A DNA stretch of 64,000 nt from contig NIVC01001279.1 of the NCBI GenBank assembly GCA_002269645.1, positions 1-64,000 of the forward strand, written 5' to 3'. The translations under genes were made by a program, and so were the position numbers. The DNA is from Macrostomum lignano (taxonomy: Eukaryota). Below, in pieces: positions 26,001 through 37,740 of this stretch. The stretch's first letter is position 1. Every line of letters begins with the position of its first letter. The notes below the pieces were generated by a model. The model did no database searches. It saw only the letters and a program-made list of their open reading frames with translations, and was not told the origin of the DNA.

Positions 26001-28034
26001 ATTATTGAGACTCTAACAGGATGATTGAGACACTGTCTAACAGGATGATTGAGACTCTGTCTAACAGGATGATTGAGACACTGTCTAACAGGATTATTGA
26101 GACACTGTCTAACAGGATTATTGAGACTCTGTCTAACAGGATGATTGAGACACTGTCTAACAGGATTATTGAGACTCTAACAGGATGATTGAGACACTGT
26201 CTAACAGGATCATTGAGACACTGTCTAACAGGATGATTGAGACACTGTCTAACAGGATTATTGAGACTCTAACAGGATGATTGAGACACTGTCTAACAGG
26301 ATCATTGAGACACTGTCTAACAGGATGATTGAGACTCTGTCTAACAGGATTATTGAGACTCTGTCTAACAGGATGATTGAGACACTGTCTAACAGGATGA
26401 TTGAGACACTGTCTAACAGGATGATTGAGACTCTGTCTAACAGGATGATTGAGACTCTGTCTAACAGGATGATTGAGACACTGTCTAACAGGATGATTGA
26501 GACACTGTCTAACAGGATTATTGTGACACTGTCTAACAGGATGATTGAGACACTGTCTAACAGGATTATTGTGACACTGTCTAACAGGATTATTGAGCCA
26601 CTGTCTAACAGGATGATTGAGACACTGTCTAACAGGATGATTGAGACACTGTCTAACAGGATGATTGAGACACTGTCTAACAGGATGATTGAGACACTGT
26701 CTAACAGGATTATTGTGACACTGTCTAACAGGATGATTGAGACACTGTCTAACAGGATGATTGAGACACTGTCTAACAGGATGATTGAGACACTGTCCAA
26801 CAGGTGTGTAACAGTTCCAGTAAAACGGCCCTGACCAGTGAACTCACTTGAGTAGTTCCAACGCTGCTGCTGTACTTGTAGCAGGTGAGTGTGCTGCAAT
26901 TTATTTTTGTTCTACTAGAGTGAAAATAACTGTCAAAGCTGTGGTAGCAGTTCACAGTTGGCGGCCGAGTGTTGCAGTAGTCTGTTGAGCAAGTCGTGCA
27001 TAGGGAAGCGATGTGGTAGTAGTGCGTGCAGTCGCCGCATCCGCCATAGTTGTACTGTAGACATTTTTGGTGGGAAAGCATACTCGTATTTGTTAGGTAG
27101 AGTCAGAGCATTACTTTAGTTATTCTGTTAGTTTAGAGTTCTTGATGGGGTCTTTAACTAGTTCATAAACCGGGTCCTCAATAGAATCCTTAATCAGGTT
27201 TTTAAAAGGGTTCTTAATATCGGGCCCTCAATAAGGTCTTGAATCGGGTCCTCAACAGGTGATAGATCCAGGATCCCGAATCTAGTTCGGAATCGGTTCC
27301 ACAATCGCGTCTTTAATTGAGTCCTCAATCAGGTCCTTAATTGGGTCCTTAATTGCAGGATCCTCAATCAGGTCCTTAATTGGGTCCTTAATCAGGTTCT
27401 CACTTATATGTAGGTCTTCAATATGTTAGGTTGATGAATGTACATGTAAATGCTGATGTCTCATTGACCGTTATAGTCTTGAAAGCAAATCCGCTATAAA
27501 ATTTCAAGCTTACGGATTTGTAATTGTACGAGTAGCAGTACCACCGAGAACTGAGACAAGTTGTTTCAGTGCCGTTGGAATAAGGTGAAGTTGAGGCTGA
27601 CCGAGTGTAGCAGCTGAGCGGCGTTGCGGGACTCGCTGTGGGAGATAGTGTCTTAGTGTCTGTCTGTCTCTGTTTGTGTCATAAATATGTGTCTGTCTGT
27701 CTATGTTTGTGTCATAAATATGTGTCTGTCTGTCTATGTTTGTGTCATAAATATGTGTCTGTCTGTCTATGTTTGTGTCATAAATATGTGTCTGTCTGTC
27801 TCTGTTTGTGTCATAAATATGTGTCTGTCTGTCTATGTTTGTGTCATAAATATGTGTCTGTCTGCTGTCTATCTGCTTGTCTGTCTGTCTGTCTATTAGT
27901 ATGTTTGTCTGTTAGTCTGTCTGTCTGCTTGTCTGTCTGTCTGCTTGTCTGTCAGTCCGCCAATCAATCAATACGCCAGCCTTACCAAATATGGCAAGCA
28001 GAGCTACAGCGCAGACCAGATCGCAGTGAGCCAT
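20034..28034 (-). CDS. Ly6/uPAR-like two-domain GPI-anchored protein (copy B); exons 28034-27986, 27635-27514, 27054-26848, 20186-20034
   Basis: Same exon phases as copy A and the same 122-nt exon 2 and 153-nt exon 4. MAHCDLVCAVALLAIF-A..LSCY..C..C|YNYGGCGDC..CTTCSTDYCN..NCY..C..CY|VFFAGCGDC..CN + hydrophobic tail. Confidence 0.85.
20240..26805. repeat. ~6.6-kb satellite of 24-bp (TTGAGACACTGTCTAACAGGATGA) and 20-bp (TTGAGACTCTAACAGGATGA) units filling intron 3 of Ly6 copy B
   Basis: Direct reading. The 24+20 units alternate in patches. A rare GAGCCACTG variant recurs at ~22721, 22961, 23757, 25029, 25313 and 26597. Confidence 0.96.
27645..27955. repeat. 33-bp unit (TGTCTGTCTGTCTATGTTTGTGTCATAAATATG) plus (TGTC)n in intron 1 of Ly6 copy B
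   Basis: Direct reading. Confidence 0.88.
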
Positions 28035-28430
28035 GGTGAAGCGCTACATGTATAACAGACTTACTCCAGGTTTTGCGAGATGCTTCAGCTGTCGGGTTTA
28101 CTTAGCAGGTTTTTATGAGCCGGAAAACAAGCAGCCTCATCAGGTGATTTCTCATGACCCAAAAAATTCATATTTTGTTATTGTGTTTTCTACTAATAAC
28201 AGCTCTACAGGCTGAAACTATTTTTAGCTTTTTCGAGCAAGCATTCACATGTGCGAGATGCTTTTTTTGTCAGCATATTGAGGGGTAAAGTGGCAAAATG
28301 CAGATAGTCAGAGCATTCTCAGAAACTTGTGTGAACAGCAGAAACCTCTGACGAATCGATGCACGCAAGGCTGAGATTAAAGTTATTCACCGCACAAACA
28401 GGACTAGTTTGAGGCAACAGAAAAACAAAG

Positions 28431-28645
28431 TTGTAGTCCAGTGGTTGGAGCGTCTGACTCACGACTGAAAGGTCGGAGGTTCCATTCTCGAGCCACTCGG
28501 AACAATGTGTCCTTGAGCAAGACACTTAACTCTGCATTGCTTCAGTTCACCCAGCTGTAAAATGGGTGCCAGCATTAGCTGGAATAATTGAGGGTGCGTG
28601 TGGCTCCTCTTAGAGACTCCTGGGCCCGCGTCCTCTCCAAACCGT
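28431..28645 (+). mobile_element. tRNA-derived SINE with CORE-like central domain
   Basis: A-box-like TAGTCCAGTGG and B-box-like GGTTCCATTCT, then TGTGTCCTTGAGCAAGACACTTAAC...TTCAGTT...CTGTAAAATGGG (28506-28566), which resembles the CORE/MIR consensus as I recall it. A second decayed copy lies at ~51711-51900. Confidence 0.7.
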
Positions 28646-28651
28646 GTAGGA

Positions 28652-28720
28652 CAGGGGTTGGCAAACTTTTTTACGTTAAGCGCCAGATCAGATAGAGAAT
28701 CTAGTGCATGACTGCGGACC
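28652..28720 (+). mobile_element. Solo hAT (Charlie-like) terminal fragment CAGGGGTTGGCAAACTTTTT...
   Basis: The terminus resembles hAT-Charlie ends; no partner end found nearby. Confidence 0.35.
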
Positions 28721-29040
28721 AGAGGAAGGGAGAGAAGATTGTCAGAAGGAATGGGGAAAAGAGAAGAGAGATAGAAGAAAGGAAAGGCGAGGGAATAAAG
28801 AGAGGAGAGAAGAGGAGAGAAGTTGAGAAGAGAGGAGAGAGAGGAGTGGAGAGTAGATGAAATAAGAGAGAGAGACAAGGAGAGATGAGAGGAGTGGAGT
28901 GGAGAGGAGAGAGAGGAAGAGAGGAGAGGAGAGAGAGGAGTGGAGAGACAGATAAGGAGAGGGAGAGGAAATGAGAAGAGAGGAGGGGGAAAAGGAGTGT
29001 AGAGAAGAGAAAGTGGAGACAGGAGAGAAGAGAAGAGATT
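28720..29040. repeat. GA-rich low-complexity tract
   Basis: Direct reading. Confidence 0.85.
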
Positions 29041-29921
29041 TTCAAGTGTGGTAAAAATGTGGTAAGTGTGGTAAAGTAGACAGACAAACTATCAAGTACA
29101 TTTGGTTGGTGTAAATTAACCTAAAGGCCATCAACCAAAACGGTCGCACAGTTAAATTTCTCATCAATAAAAGATAGTTGAATTTTATTTTTTAAGAAAT
29201 AACATATATATCAGCTTTATATAGATTATGCAAAATACGAAATGAAATATACTTTTACGAGTACAAGGCCGTATTATTAAGCATTTTATACTCTTACAAT
29301 ATAGACTATGAACAATTAGCTACAAATGAGACCGAGAACTTGCTCAGAGAATGAGAATTATGAATAATATAGCATAGATGCAGTATCTACTTAATCTATA
29401 ACAATGCATTATGAATAATTGAACTCAAACAAACTAAAAGATTTCAAGCTACTCTGATCAACTGACAGCTTCTTAGTGATTTAAACAGCTTTTCATTCAA
29501 GGACACAGAGCAGCGGCCAAGAAATAAGCTTTCTGTTGCTTTTTTCAGCCAACCTAAATGACTAATAATTGTCTTTCTTCTACTAAACTAAATCCCAGCC
29601 TTTAGCAGCGGCAGATCGTGTAAGCAAAGTAACATTGAGAATATTTTCAAGCCAAGGTGATTACGAAGTAGACAGACAGTCATGGCGATTGGCTGAAAAA
29701 AAACCGATACTAAGAACTCGATACTCTCTGTTAATTAAAACAGATTTATAAGTGTCACATCTCGGTATAGTTAACAGCTTTTAAAGTACGTCAATCATTT
29801 ATTATTGTTGCTGTTGTCACTGTCTTTGTTGTTGTTGTTGTCGTTATTATTGTTGCTATTGTTCTTGTCTTTGTTGTTGCTGTTGTAGTTGCTTTTGCTG
29901 TTGTTCTTGTCTTTGTTTTTG

Positions 29922-31604
29922 TTATTGTTGCTGTTGTTCTTGTCTTTGTTGTTGTTGCTGCTGCTGCTGTTGATCATTCTGTCTAATAGCATCAACAGCA
30001 TTTCGAATCGACCATCTTTGCAGGATGTCGGGCAGCTCAAAATGATGAAAGAAATAAATCATAGAGTGCTGGATGAACAACCAGCTAGTGGTTAGTGCCA
30101 GGCCACTGTACTGACCGTTGAACCGGTAGTAGTAAGCGTAGAACCCAGCATGGTACAAGAAGAAGAACCTTGGCCAATGCCGCCTGGTAACGCTAGTATG
30201 GCACAACAGCGCCAAGAACTGATCGGATATCCAAATAATTATAATGACGTAAAATGCCGTAGAAGAGTCCGTAAAGAAATCGCTCATTATAGTTTCCATG
30301 CCAACTAGGCCTAATATGATGGTTAATAGCTGGGCTACGGGCAGATTAGGCGGCCTCAGAGTGGTATTAAACTCTAATCGGTGAAGCAAATCCGCAATGA
30401 ATAGGAATATCTGATGATGCGAATACCTAAGCAGCATAGATATGCACAGGGTGAATATAATCATAATAAACGCCGACGGCAGATAGCTGCTTCTACTCAT
30501 CCAAACGTTTACAAAGCGAAACTGATCACCCGTCACAACATTGCGCACGAAGCCTTTGTCACCAGCCTCTGCAAGGCGCTTCAAACTGGCCAATAGCAGA
30601 TCGTTGTAGCCTAGAAACTCTTCTAGTAGAAACCTGCTGAACCCGTTGCCAAAGCAGGTGTGATTATTAGGATCCAGGATTACTAACTGGACAGGAATGT
30701 TGAGATTTTTTCTAGTCACAGGCGACAGCTTCAAGAAGCCGTATTCTAGCGAGTATTCAATAATATGCTTCTCGCGTGGAAATACCAGATTAGCAAACAG
30801 TTCCAGCTCTGTTAGTGTCTCGCGAAACGGTTGCAAAGCTTTGTCTGTGTTAACATTAGCGCTGGCTACTAGATAGTCAAACAGGTAGCTAATAGTGTCA
30901 CCTGAACTAGCGTCTGAATTGTTGGAGGATGAATTATTATTAATAATCCCATTGCCACCTGTTGGATACCGAAAATTCGGCTGCTTATAAACGCTACCAA
31001 CTGGAGAATAGTACATGGCTAACAATTCGGCAATACTGGGTGAGTTGCACTGTTGAGTAGCAGCATGAGCTGATGCTTGAGCACGGCTGGCTTGAGAACC
31101 AGGTGAAACCTGCTGCTGCCGCTGAGGACTATGATATTGAATCAGTTGGGCAGCGCTGAACTCTTTGTGATAAGACTGATTCAGATCGTAACCAACCGGT
31201 GCGCTTTTGATTACTTCAACTCGTAGCACACCATTTCTAGGCCAAGTAGCAATGAGATCGTCCATGCAGGTGACGGGCGCTTTCACGAAGATCAAGTGCA
31301 CATACATAAGTATCATTAGTGCCGCTACGGCCACTACTAAAAGTACAAATTCTATGAATCTTCGAGCCGGCGACGGGAAAGCGCTAGCGTAGATGACGCA
31401 CAATCGATGGAGAAAGAATTCGAATAGTTGATCGCGTTCAGCGTTGTTAACAACTGCGGCTGCGGCTGCGGCGGCTGGTGGAGGAGGCGGCGGAGGCGGA
31501 GGTGGCGGAGGAGGGGGTTGAGCAGGCGGAGGTGGCTGAGGCGACGCCGCTGCAGCTCCTAACGCATTTTCTGTCGCTTCTGATGGAGCGACAGAGTCTG
31601 TCAT
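29922..31604 (-). CDS. TMEM259: Membralin (ER membrane ERAD factor), single exon, with N-terminal poly-P/poly-A and C-terminal poly-Q
   Basis: Recognisable blocks: RDQLFEFFLHRL..YA..FP...RRFIEF, IIEYSLEYGFLKLSP.TR..LNIPV..V.LDP....CFG..FSRFLL..FLGY.D.L, SMLLRYSH.QIF, HWPRFFFLYH..FYAYYYRFNGQYSGLAL.TSWLFIQHSMIYFFHHFELP. First ATG at 31604. Confidence 0.93.
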   Translation of the reverse strand: MTDSVAPSEATENALGAAAASPQPPPPAQPPPPPPPPPPPPPPAAAAAAAVVNNAERDQLFEFFLHRLCVIYASAFPSPARRFIEFVLLVVAVAALMILMYVHLIFVKAPVTCMDDLIATWPRNGVLRVEVIKSAPVGYDLNQSYHKEFSAAQLIQYHSPQRQQQVSPGSQASRAQASAHAATQQCNSPSIAELLAMYYSPVGSVYKQPNFRYPTGGNGIINNNSSSNNSDASSGDTISYLFDYLVASANVNTDKALQPFRETLTELELFANLVFPREKHIIEYSLEYGFLKLSPVTRKNLNIPVQLVILDPNNHTCFGNGFSRFLLEEFLGYNDLLLASLKRLAEAGDKGFVRNVVTGDQFRFVNVWMSRSSYLPSAFIMIIFTLCISMLLRYSHHQIFLFIADLLHRLEFNTTLRPPNLPVAQLLTIILGLVGMETIMSDFFTDSSTAFYVIIIIWISDQFLALLCHTSVTRRHWPRFFFLYHAGFYAYYYRFNGQYSGLALTTSWLFIQHSMIYFFHHFELPDILQRWSIRNAVDAIRQNDQQQQQQQQQRQEQQQQ

Positions 31605-33238
31605 TGTTTTTTGCCGGGGCTGTTTCAAATATTAAACAGTGATGAATGATGTTATCAGCAGAAATTTTAGTGCAATAGAAGATAAAAAGCGTAAGAATCT
31701 TTGATGCGCACAGAAGTTTCCTATCAATGAACTATAGCGATTAAAGACATAACTAAATTAGTCTTGCTAATTTGGAAAATTCTGAACAATCTGAATTTTG
31801 AAATCCTGTAGAAGGAAAACAGGTTGGGCCATAGACAATATACCAATATTGATGGGCTGCAGAGGGCAGAAATGAGCTATAACGCCGAGGCGCGTAGCGC
31901 CGAGGAGTGTTAGCTCGTTTCTGCCCGATGCGGCCCATCCATATTAGTTTTATAGTTAGCGAGCGTGAAACCGCGTTTCACGGGCCGCTGAGACTGTCTA
32001 TGGTAAAATCCCATTTACTCCAATGCATTCAGTTGGTTTCACGGCCCGCTGAAAATGTCTATGGCAAAGTCAGAAGAAAGCGGGGTCAAGGGGGCGCTGA
32101 GCCCTCTTGCGGGGGTGTGGGGGCGGAGCCCCCACATTAGCACACCAGCACACAAGACAAATAAAGAAATAATGAAATCCAAAAATTGTCTATGGCCAAA
32201 ACTCATTTTGTGAATTGAAAAAATAGTAACTGATTATTAAGCACTTATTAATTACTAAGAATTATTAAGCAGCACAAAGCTTTACTTTTGAAATATACAA
32301 GTTGTAGAAACATTAACTAGATACTTAAATGCATACGAGTTTTTTTACTTATTGAAGTTGGCCATAGATTATTGCAGCGGGCGGGATGCCGTGCGTTTCT
32401 GCCCATTTCAACACGCCTAGGCTAACTATAATACGTTTAACACAGACTAATTACAAGGTCTGTTGATGCAGTCAGTAGAAGCGTTACTGTATGTATCCGC
32501 ACAAGGTCGCTTTCTTGAATAACGCTTCAGTCTGTAAGTCTCAGCTAGTCGAGTATTTTAGTCAGAAGTTCACGTGTTGTCTATGGCCCAGAGCTGTCTA
32601 TAGTCGACTTGACTAAGTTGTGTATATCTATCTCTACTCTACAGTGAAAAATAGGCTTTGACCATAGACAAATCTTATAAATTAGTTTCTGCTAAAAGTA
32701 AAGTCAAACTCTTTTTAGTAGAGGAACTCTTTACCATAGATCGTAGAGTCCCTACATAGGCCACTCACACTGTACTTGGGTGCGCCCATAGACCCCAATC
32801 TATTTCTTTAAAATTTTAGCGACCACCGCCATGCATTTTATAGTTCTAAAACTGTTGCACAGAGACTGAGAAGCTCTCGCAGAGAAAAAAGTAGAAAATA
32901 GAGTTGGCATAACAAAAGACAAACAGCTTATAGTTTAGAAGCCCGAGTCAGACACAAAAAGACCATAAAGGCACAATAGCCACAAGGTGTAGCCCCTCCT
33001 CCATCACGCCATTTTTTTCTACCGGAATTTCGTCTCTTGTTCTATTTTCTCTTTAAAGAGATGTGTGCGTAAATTTCGAATGTACGTACAGCGACAATGT
33101 GGGGGCAAGGGCAAGGGCTTATAAAAACATCGAATTCAAGGCGACTATGTGAAGTACAGTTAAGCTAAAGAAGCGAGCGAGCCTGTCAGTTTTGTTAACC
33201 TTGGAAACCAGAGATAATTTTTTGCTAAGACGTAAAAA

Positions 33239-35452
33239 ATGAATTCTGACCTACGAAGGATTCAATTCCTTGTTCTTGTTTTGGCAACCGCGTTTGGTAA
33301 GACTTAATAGCAGCTTTTTATAAGAATGTGATAATTCACAACTGATAACTTCAGTATGTGATAATTCTCCATAGGGCTAAAATTTGATTCTCCAGGAGGC
33401 TAAAGGGTGATTCTCCATGGAACTAAAGGGTGATTTGGGATTTGGGTGATTCTCCATGGGATGTGGGTGATTCTCCATGGGACTAAAGGGTGATTCTCCA
33501 TGGCAATGAAGGAATATTCTCCACGGGACTAAAGGGAGACTATCTATGGGACTAAATGGTGATTCTCCATAGGAATAAAGGGAGATTATTTATGAGACTA
33601 AAGGGTGATTCTCCATGGCAATGAAGGAATATTTTCCACGTGACTAAAGGGAGATTATCTATGGGGCTAAAGGGTGATTCTCCATGGGACTAAAGGGAGA
33701 TTATCTATTGGGCTAAAGGGTGATTCTCCATGGGACTAAAGGGAGATTATCTATTGGGCTAAAGGGTGATTTTCCATGGGGTTGAGAGCAATTCTTCATA
33801 AAATCTTGCCAAGAAGCCACTATCTACGTATTTTTACACAATCAGGCGGTGCTTTGAGCATCAAATGCTACGTGGGTAGCGGCAGCGTCTATTGGAAAAG
33901 CGGAGTGCTGGAGACCTGCAGCAATGCTGTGTTTTACTGTCACTATTATTACACTACCGTGGCTGGCATTCCGGTAAGCAGTCACCACACTCAGACATCC
34001 ACTTTTAACACACTCAGACACCCAATTTTACCACACTCAGACACCCACTTTTTGGGTTTAACAGGCACGTAACGCGCATAACACGTAACAGGCATATACT
34101 TTTATCACACTCAGATATCCACTGCTCCCACACTCAGATATCCACTGTTCCACACTCAGATATCCACTGTTCCACACTCAGATATCCACTGCTCCCACAC
34201 TCAGATATCCACTGTTCCACACTCAGATATCCACTGCTCCCACACTCAGATATCCACTGTTCCACACTCAGATATCCACTGCTCCCACACTCAGATATCC
34301 ACTGTTCCCACACTCAGATATCCACTGCTCCCACACTCAGATATCCACTGTTCCACACTCAGATATCCACTGCTCCCACACTCAGATATCCACTGTTCCA
34401 CACTCAGATATCCACTGCTCCCACACTGAAGGCACCCACTGCTCCCACACTCAGATATCCACTGTTCCCACACTCAGATATCCACTGCTCCCACACTCAG
34501 ATATCCACTGTTCCACACTCAGATATCCACTGCTCCCACACTCAGATATCCACTGCTCCCACACTCAGATATCCACTGTTCCACACTCAGATATCCACTG
34601 CTCCCACACTCAGATATCCACTGCTCCCACACTCAGATATCCACTGTTCCACACTCAGATATCCACTGCTCCCACACTCAGATATCCACTGTTCCACACT
34701 CAGATATCCACTGCTCCCACACTCAGATATCCACTGTTCCACACTCAGATATCCACTGCTCCCACACTGAAGGCACCCACTGCTCCCACACTCAGATATC
34801 CACTGTTCCCACACTCAGATATCCACTGCTCCCACACTCAGATATCCACTGTTCCACACTCAGATATCCACTGTTCCACACTCAGATATCCACTGCTCCC
34901 ACACTCAGATATCCACTGCTCCCACACTGAAGGCACCCACTGCTCCCACACTCAGATATCCACTGTTCCCACACTGAGATATTCACTGTTCCCACACTCA
35001 GGCACCCACTGTTCCCACACTGAGATATCCACTGTTCCCACACAGATATCCACTGTTCCACACTCAGATATCCACTGTTCCACACTCAGATATCCACTGT
35101 TCCACACTCAGATATCCACTGTTCCACACTCAGATATCCACTGTTCCACACTCAGATATCCACTGTTCCACACTCAGATATCCACTGTTCCACACTCAGA
35201 TATCCACTGTTCCACACTCAGATATCCACTGTTCCACACTCAGATATCCACTGCTCCCACCCTCAACCTGTGCATTTTCAGTACTACTACAAAGGCTGCG
35301 GCACCTGCAGTCCCACACAGTCCAACTGCAACCAGTGCTCAGGTACAGACGGATGCAACACTAGCGATCGAATTCGAACAAGCGGCGGAGTACTTTTAAC
35401 CACAGCTCTGACAATGGCCGTATGGGCAATGGGACGATTGCTTGAAATTTGA
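33239..35452 (+). CDS. Single-domain Ly6/uPAR-like GPI-anchored protein (copy C); exons 33239-33296, 33846-33973, 35282-35452
   Basis: Phases 1,0. MNSDLRRIQFLVLVLATAF-GGALSIKCYVG..C..YC|YYYKGCGTC..CNQCSGTDGCN + hydrophobic tail; same Cys pattern as copies A and B. Confidence 0.85.
33380..33780. repeat. ~23-bp degenerate minisatellite (GGGACTAAAGGGTGATTCTCCAT) in intron 1 of Ly6 copy C
   Basis: Direct reading. Confidence 0.85.
34105..35260. repeat. 22/23-bp minisatellite (CACACTCAGATATCCACTGTTC/GCTCC) filling intron 2 of Ly6 copy C
   Basis: Direct reading. Confidence 0.93.
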
Positions 35453-35984
35453 TATGCTTATAGATTAAACTCTTTTTGACGCAGAGACGATATGTATCGA
35501 AAAATAACATTTTGTAGCTTACGAGTTAGGTGTGAAGTATGGCAAATGAAACAATTTTCTAATGAAGATTTAGATTAGAAATGAAAATATAAATTATTAT
35601 TTTATTGTAAGCTATCTTTGACAAACATCCTACTTAAATAGACATATCATGTAAATCTATCTAAATATACTAAATTTACTAATAAAGACAGTTATTATAA
35701 AAAAGTCTGAAATAATAAGGACAAGAGCTTGCGTTTAAATAATCATTTGGAAGGTTTGTATTTCAATGACAAAAGAACAATTCATTGAACTTTAGTAATA
35801 AACACAAATGACTAACACTTATTATCTTATTAACATGTGCAACACGCAAGACACATAAAATGTCATTAAAATGCTTGCAAATTGACTTCTACAAGTACTA
35901 CTACTACTGTAGACTCGCACACAATTTATGCCGTAATCCATCTTTTGAGCATACAAATATTGACAATTGGGCATACTTTACTTA

Positions 35985-36680
35985 TTAATCTACTTATCTA
36001 GCTGTCTAATCTACTCATCTAGCTGTCTAATCTACTCATCTAGCTGTCTAGTCTACTTATCTAGCTGTCTACTCTACTTATCTAGCTGTCTACTCTACTC
36101 ATCTAGCTGTCTACTCTACTTATCTAGCTGTCTACTCTACTCATCTAGCTGTCTACTCTACTCATCTAGCTGTCTAGTCTACTTATCTAGCTGTCTACTC
36201 TACTTATCTAGCAGTCTACTCTACTCATCTAGCTTTCTAGTCTACTCATCTAGCTGTCTACTCTAATCATCTAGCTGTCTACTCTACTCATCTAGCTGTC
36301 TACTCTACTCATCTAGCTGTCTACTCTTCTCATCTAGCTGTCTACTCTACTTATCTAGCTGTCTACTCTACTTATCTAGCAGTCTACTCTACTTATCTAG
36401 CTGTCTACTCTACTCATCTAGCTGTCTACTCTACTTATCTAGCAGTCTACTCTACTTATCTAGCTGTCTACTCTACTCATCTAGCTGTCTACTCTACTTA
36501 TCTAGCAGTCTACTCTACTTATCTAGCTGTCTACTCTACTCATCTAGCTGTCTACTCTACTCATCTAGCTGTCTACTCTACTTATCTAGCAGTCTACTCT
36601 ACTTATCTAGCAGTCTACTCTACTTATCTAGCTGTCTACTCTACTCATCTAGCTGTCTACTCTACTCGTCTAGCTAGCTA
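35985..36680. repeat. 21-bp minisatellite (CTACTCTACTCATCTAGCTGT)n between convergent 3' ends
   Basis: Direct reading. Confidence 0.93.
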
Positions 36681-36805
36681 CTCTTATTCAATGAGAGCTT
36701 TAATAAAGCTTATACCAAGCATTTAATTACTGGATTTCTGCACTACAATGCAAACAGACTCATAGTCAATGCGATGCATTGAGGACAAAATAATAGGACA
36801 AACAG

Positions 36806-37369
36806 TTACTTCCCACTTCGCCCAAGCTCAACTTGCTTCTTCAACTCTTGAACTTCTAAATCTGGCACAAATCTGAACTCGTCATCCTCTTCGCTTGGCT
36901 GTTCAATTTTCAAATTGACACCTTCGGGCAGGTTGTGAGCCAGCAAGTTAATTAATAGGCTCATTTCCACTGCCGGCAAATTATCAACGATTAATACCCG
37001 ACGATAGGTAATTAATTGAAAAGTGTCGCGCACTTTAGTAGACTCAGGCTGGTATAAATCTACAATAGTTTTGCGCTGAGGATAGGGCACCTGTCTGCAG
37101 TTGTCTGGGCCCAGTTTGAACTGATTGCGCAACAGGCTGTGAGCGTATTTAACGAATCTTTCCAATACGGGGTACTCGTGACAGGTGAATGACAGATTGA
37201 ATTGGTTAGCTGCGGGATAGTCGGGCTTGTAGTCCAGATATTCCGGCTCGTACACTCGAGGCAATCGAGGCGCTGGCTGGTCGCATAGTAACCGAGTCGG
37301 TTGCCATGGTAACCGAGAAAAACGGCAATAATTAAGCAGGGTCGTCGACAATCTGCTTAATGACGGCAT
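36806..37369 (-). CDS. MRPL48: Mitochondrial ribosomal protein L48-like (S10-fold), single-exon CDS, 187 aa
   Basis: Arg/Leu/Ser-rich transit-like N-terminus. Motifs YEPEYL..P.Y, FNL...HEYPVLERF..Y.H, L.TY.RV..V..L, LPEGV.L.I, RFVPD.E..ELK. Confidence 0.8.
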   Translation of the reverse strand: MPSLSRLSTTLLNYCRFSRLPWQPTRLLCDQPAPRLPRVYEPEYLDYKPDYPAANQFNLSFTCHEYPVLERFVKYAHSLLRNQFKLGPDNCRQVPYPQRKTIVDLYQPESTKVRDTFQLITYRRVLIVDNLPAVEMSLLINLLAHNLPEGVNLKIEQPSEEDDEFRFVPDLEVQELKKQVELGRSGK

Positions 37370-37434
37370 TGGATACTTGTGATATTCTTTGCATGAACAG
37401 ATTGATAAAAGTGCATGATGACAATAAATAATTG

Positions 37435-37740
37435 ATTGACAGATAATAATGGATAGATTGATTGACAGGTGATAAGTGATTTGAGTGACGGATAATAATG
37501 GATAGATGTGAGTGACAGGTGAGAATTGATAGATTTGAGTGACAGATGAGAATTGATAGATTTGAGTGACAGGTGAGAATTGATAGATTTGAGTGACAGA
37601 TGAGAATTGATAGATTTGAGTGACAGGTGAGAATTGATAGATTTGAGTGACAGGTGAGAATTGATAGATTTGAGTGACAGGTGAGAATTGATAGATTGAG
37701 TGACAGGTGATGATTGACAGGTTGATGGACAGGTGAGAAT
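37435..37740. repeat. 27-bp minisatellite (GATAGATTTGAGTGACAGGTGAGAATT)n just upstream of MRPL48
   Basis: Direct reading. Confidence 0.9.

Noticed and set aside
20240-26805. Regular 24-bp repeats as a CRISPR array or a repetitive protein (IETLSNRM)n
   Set aside because: No unique spacers and no cas genes. The ORFs exist only because the unit is a multiple of 3, are broken by 20-bp units, and lie in an intron of Ly6 copy B.
28440-28500. tRNA gene
   Set aside because: No complete cloverleaf or T-terminator; it continues into a SINE core.
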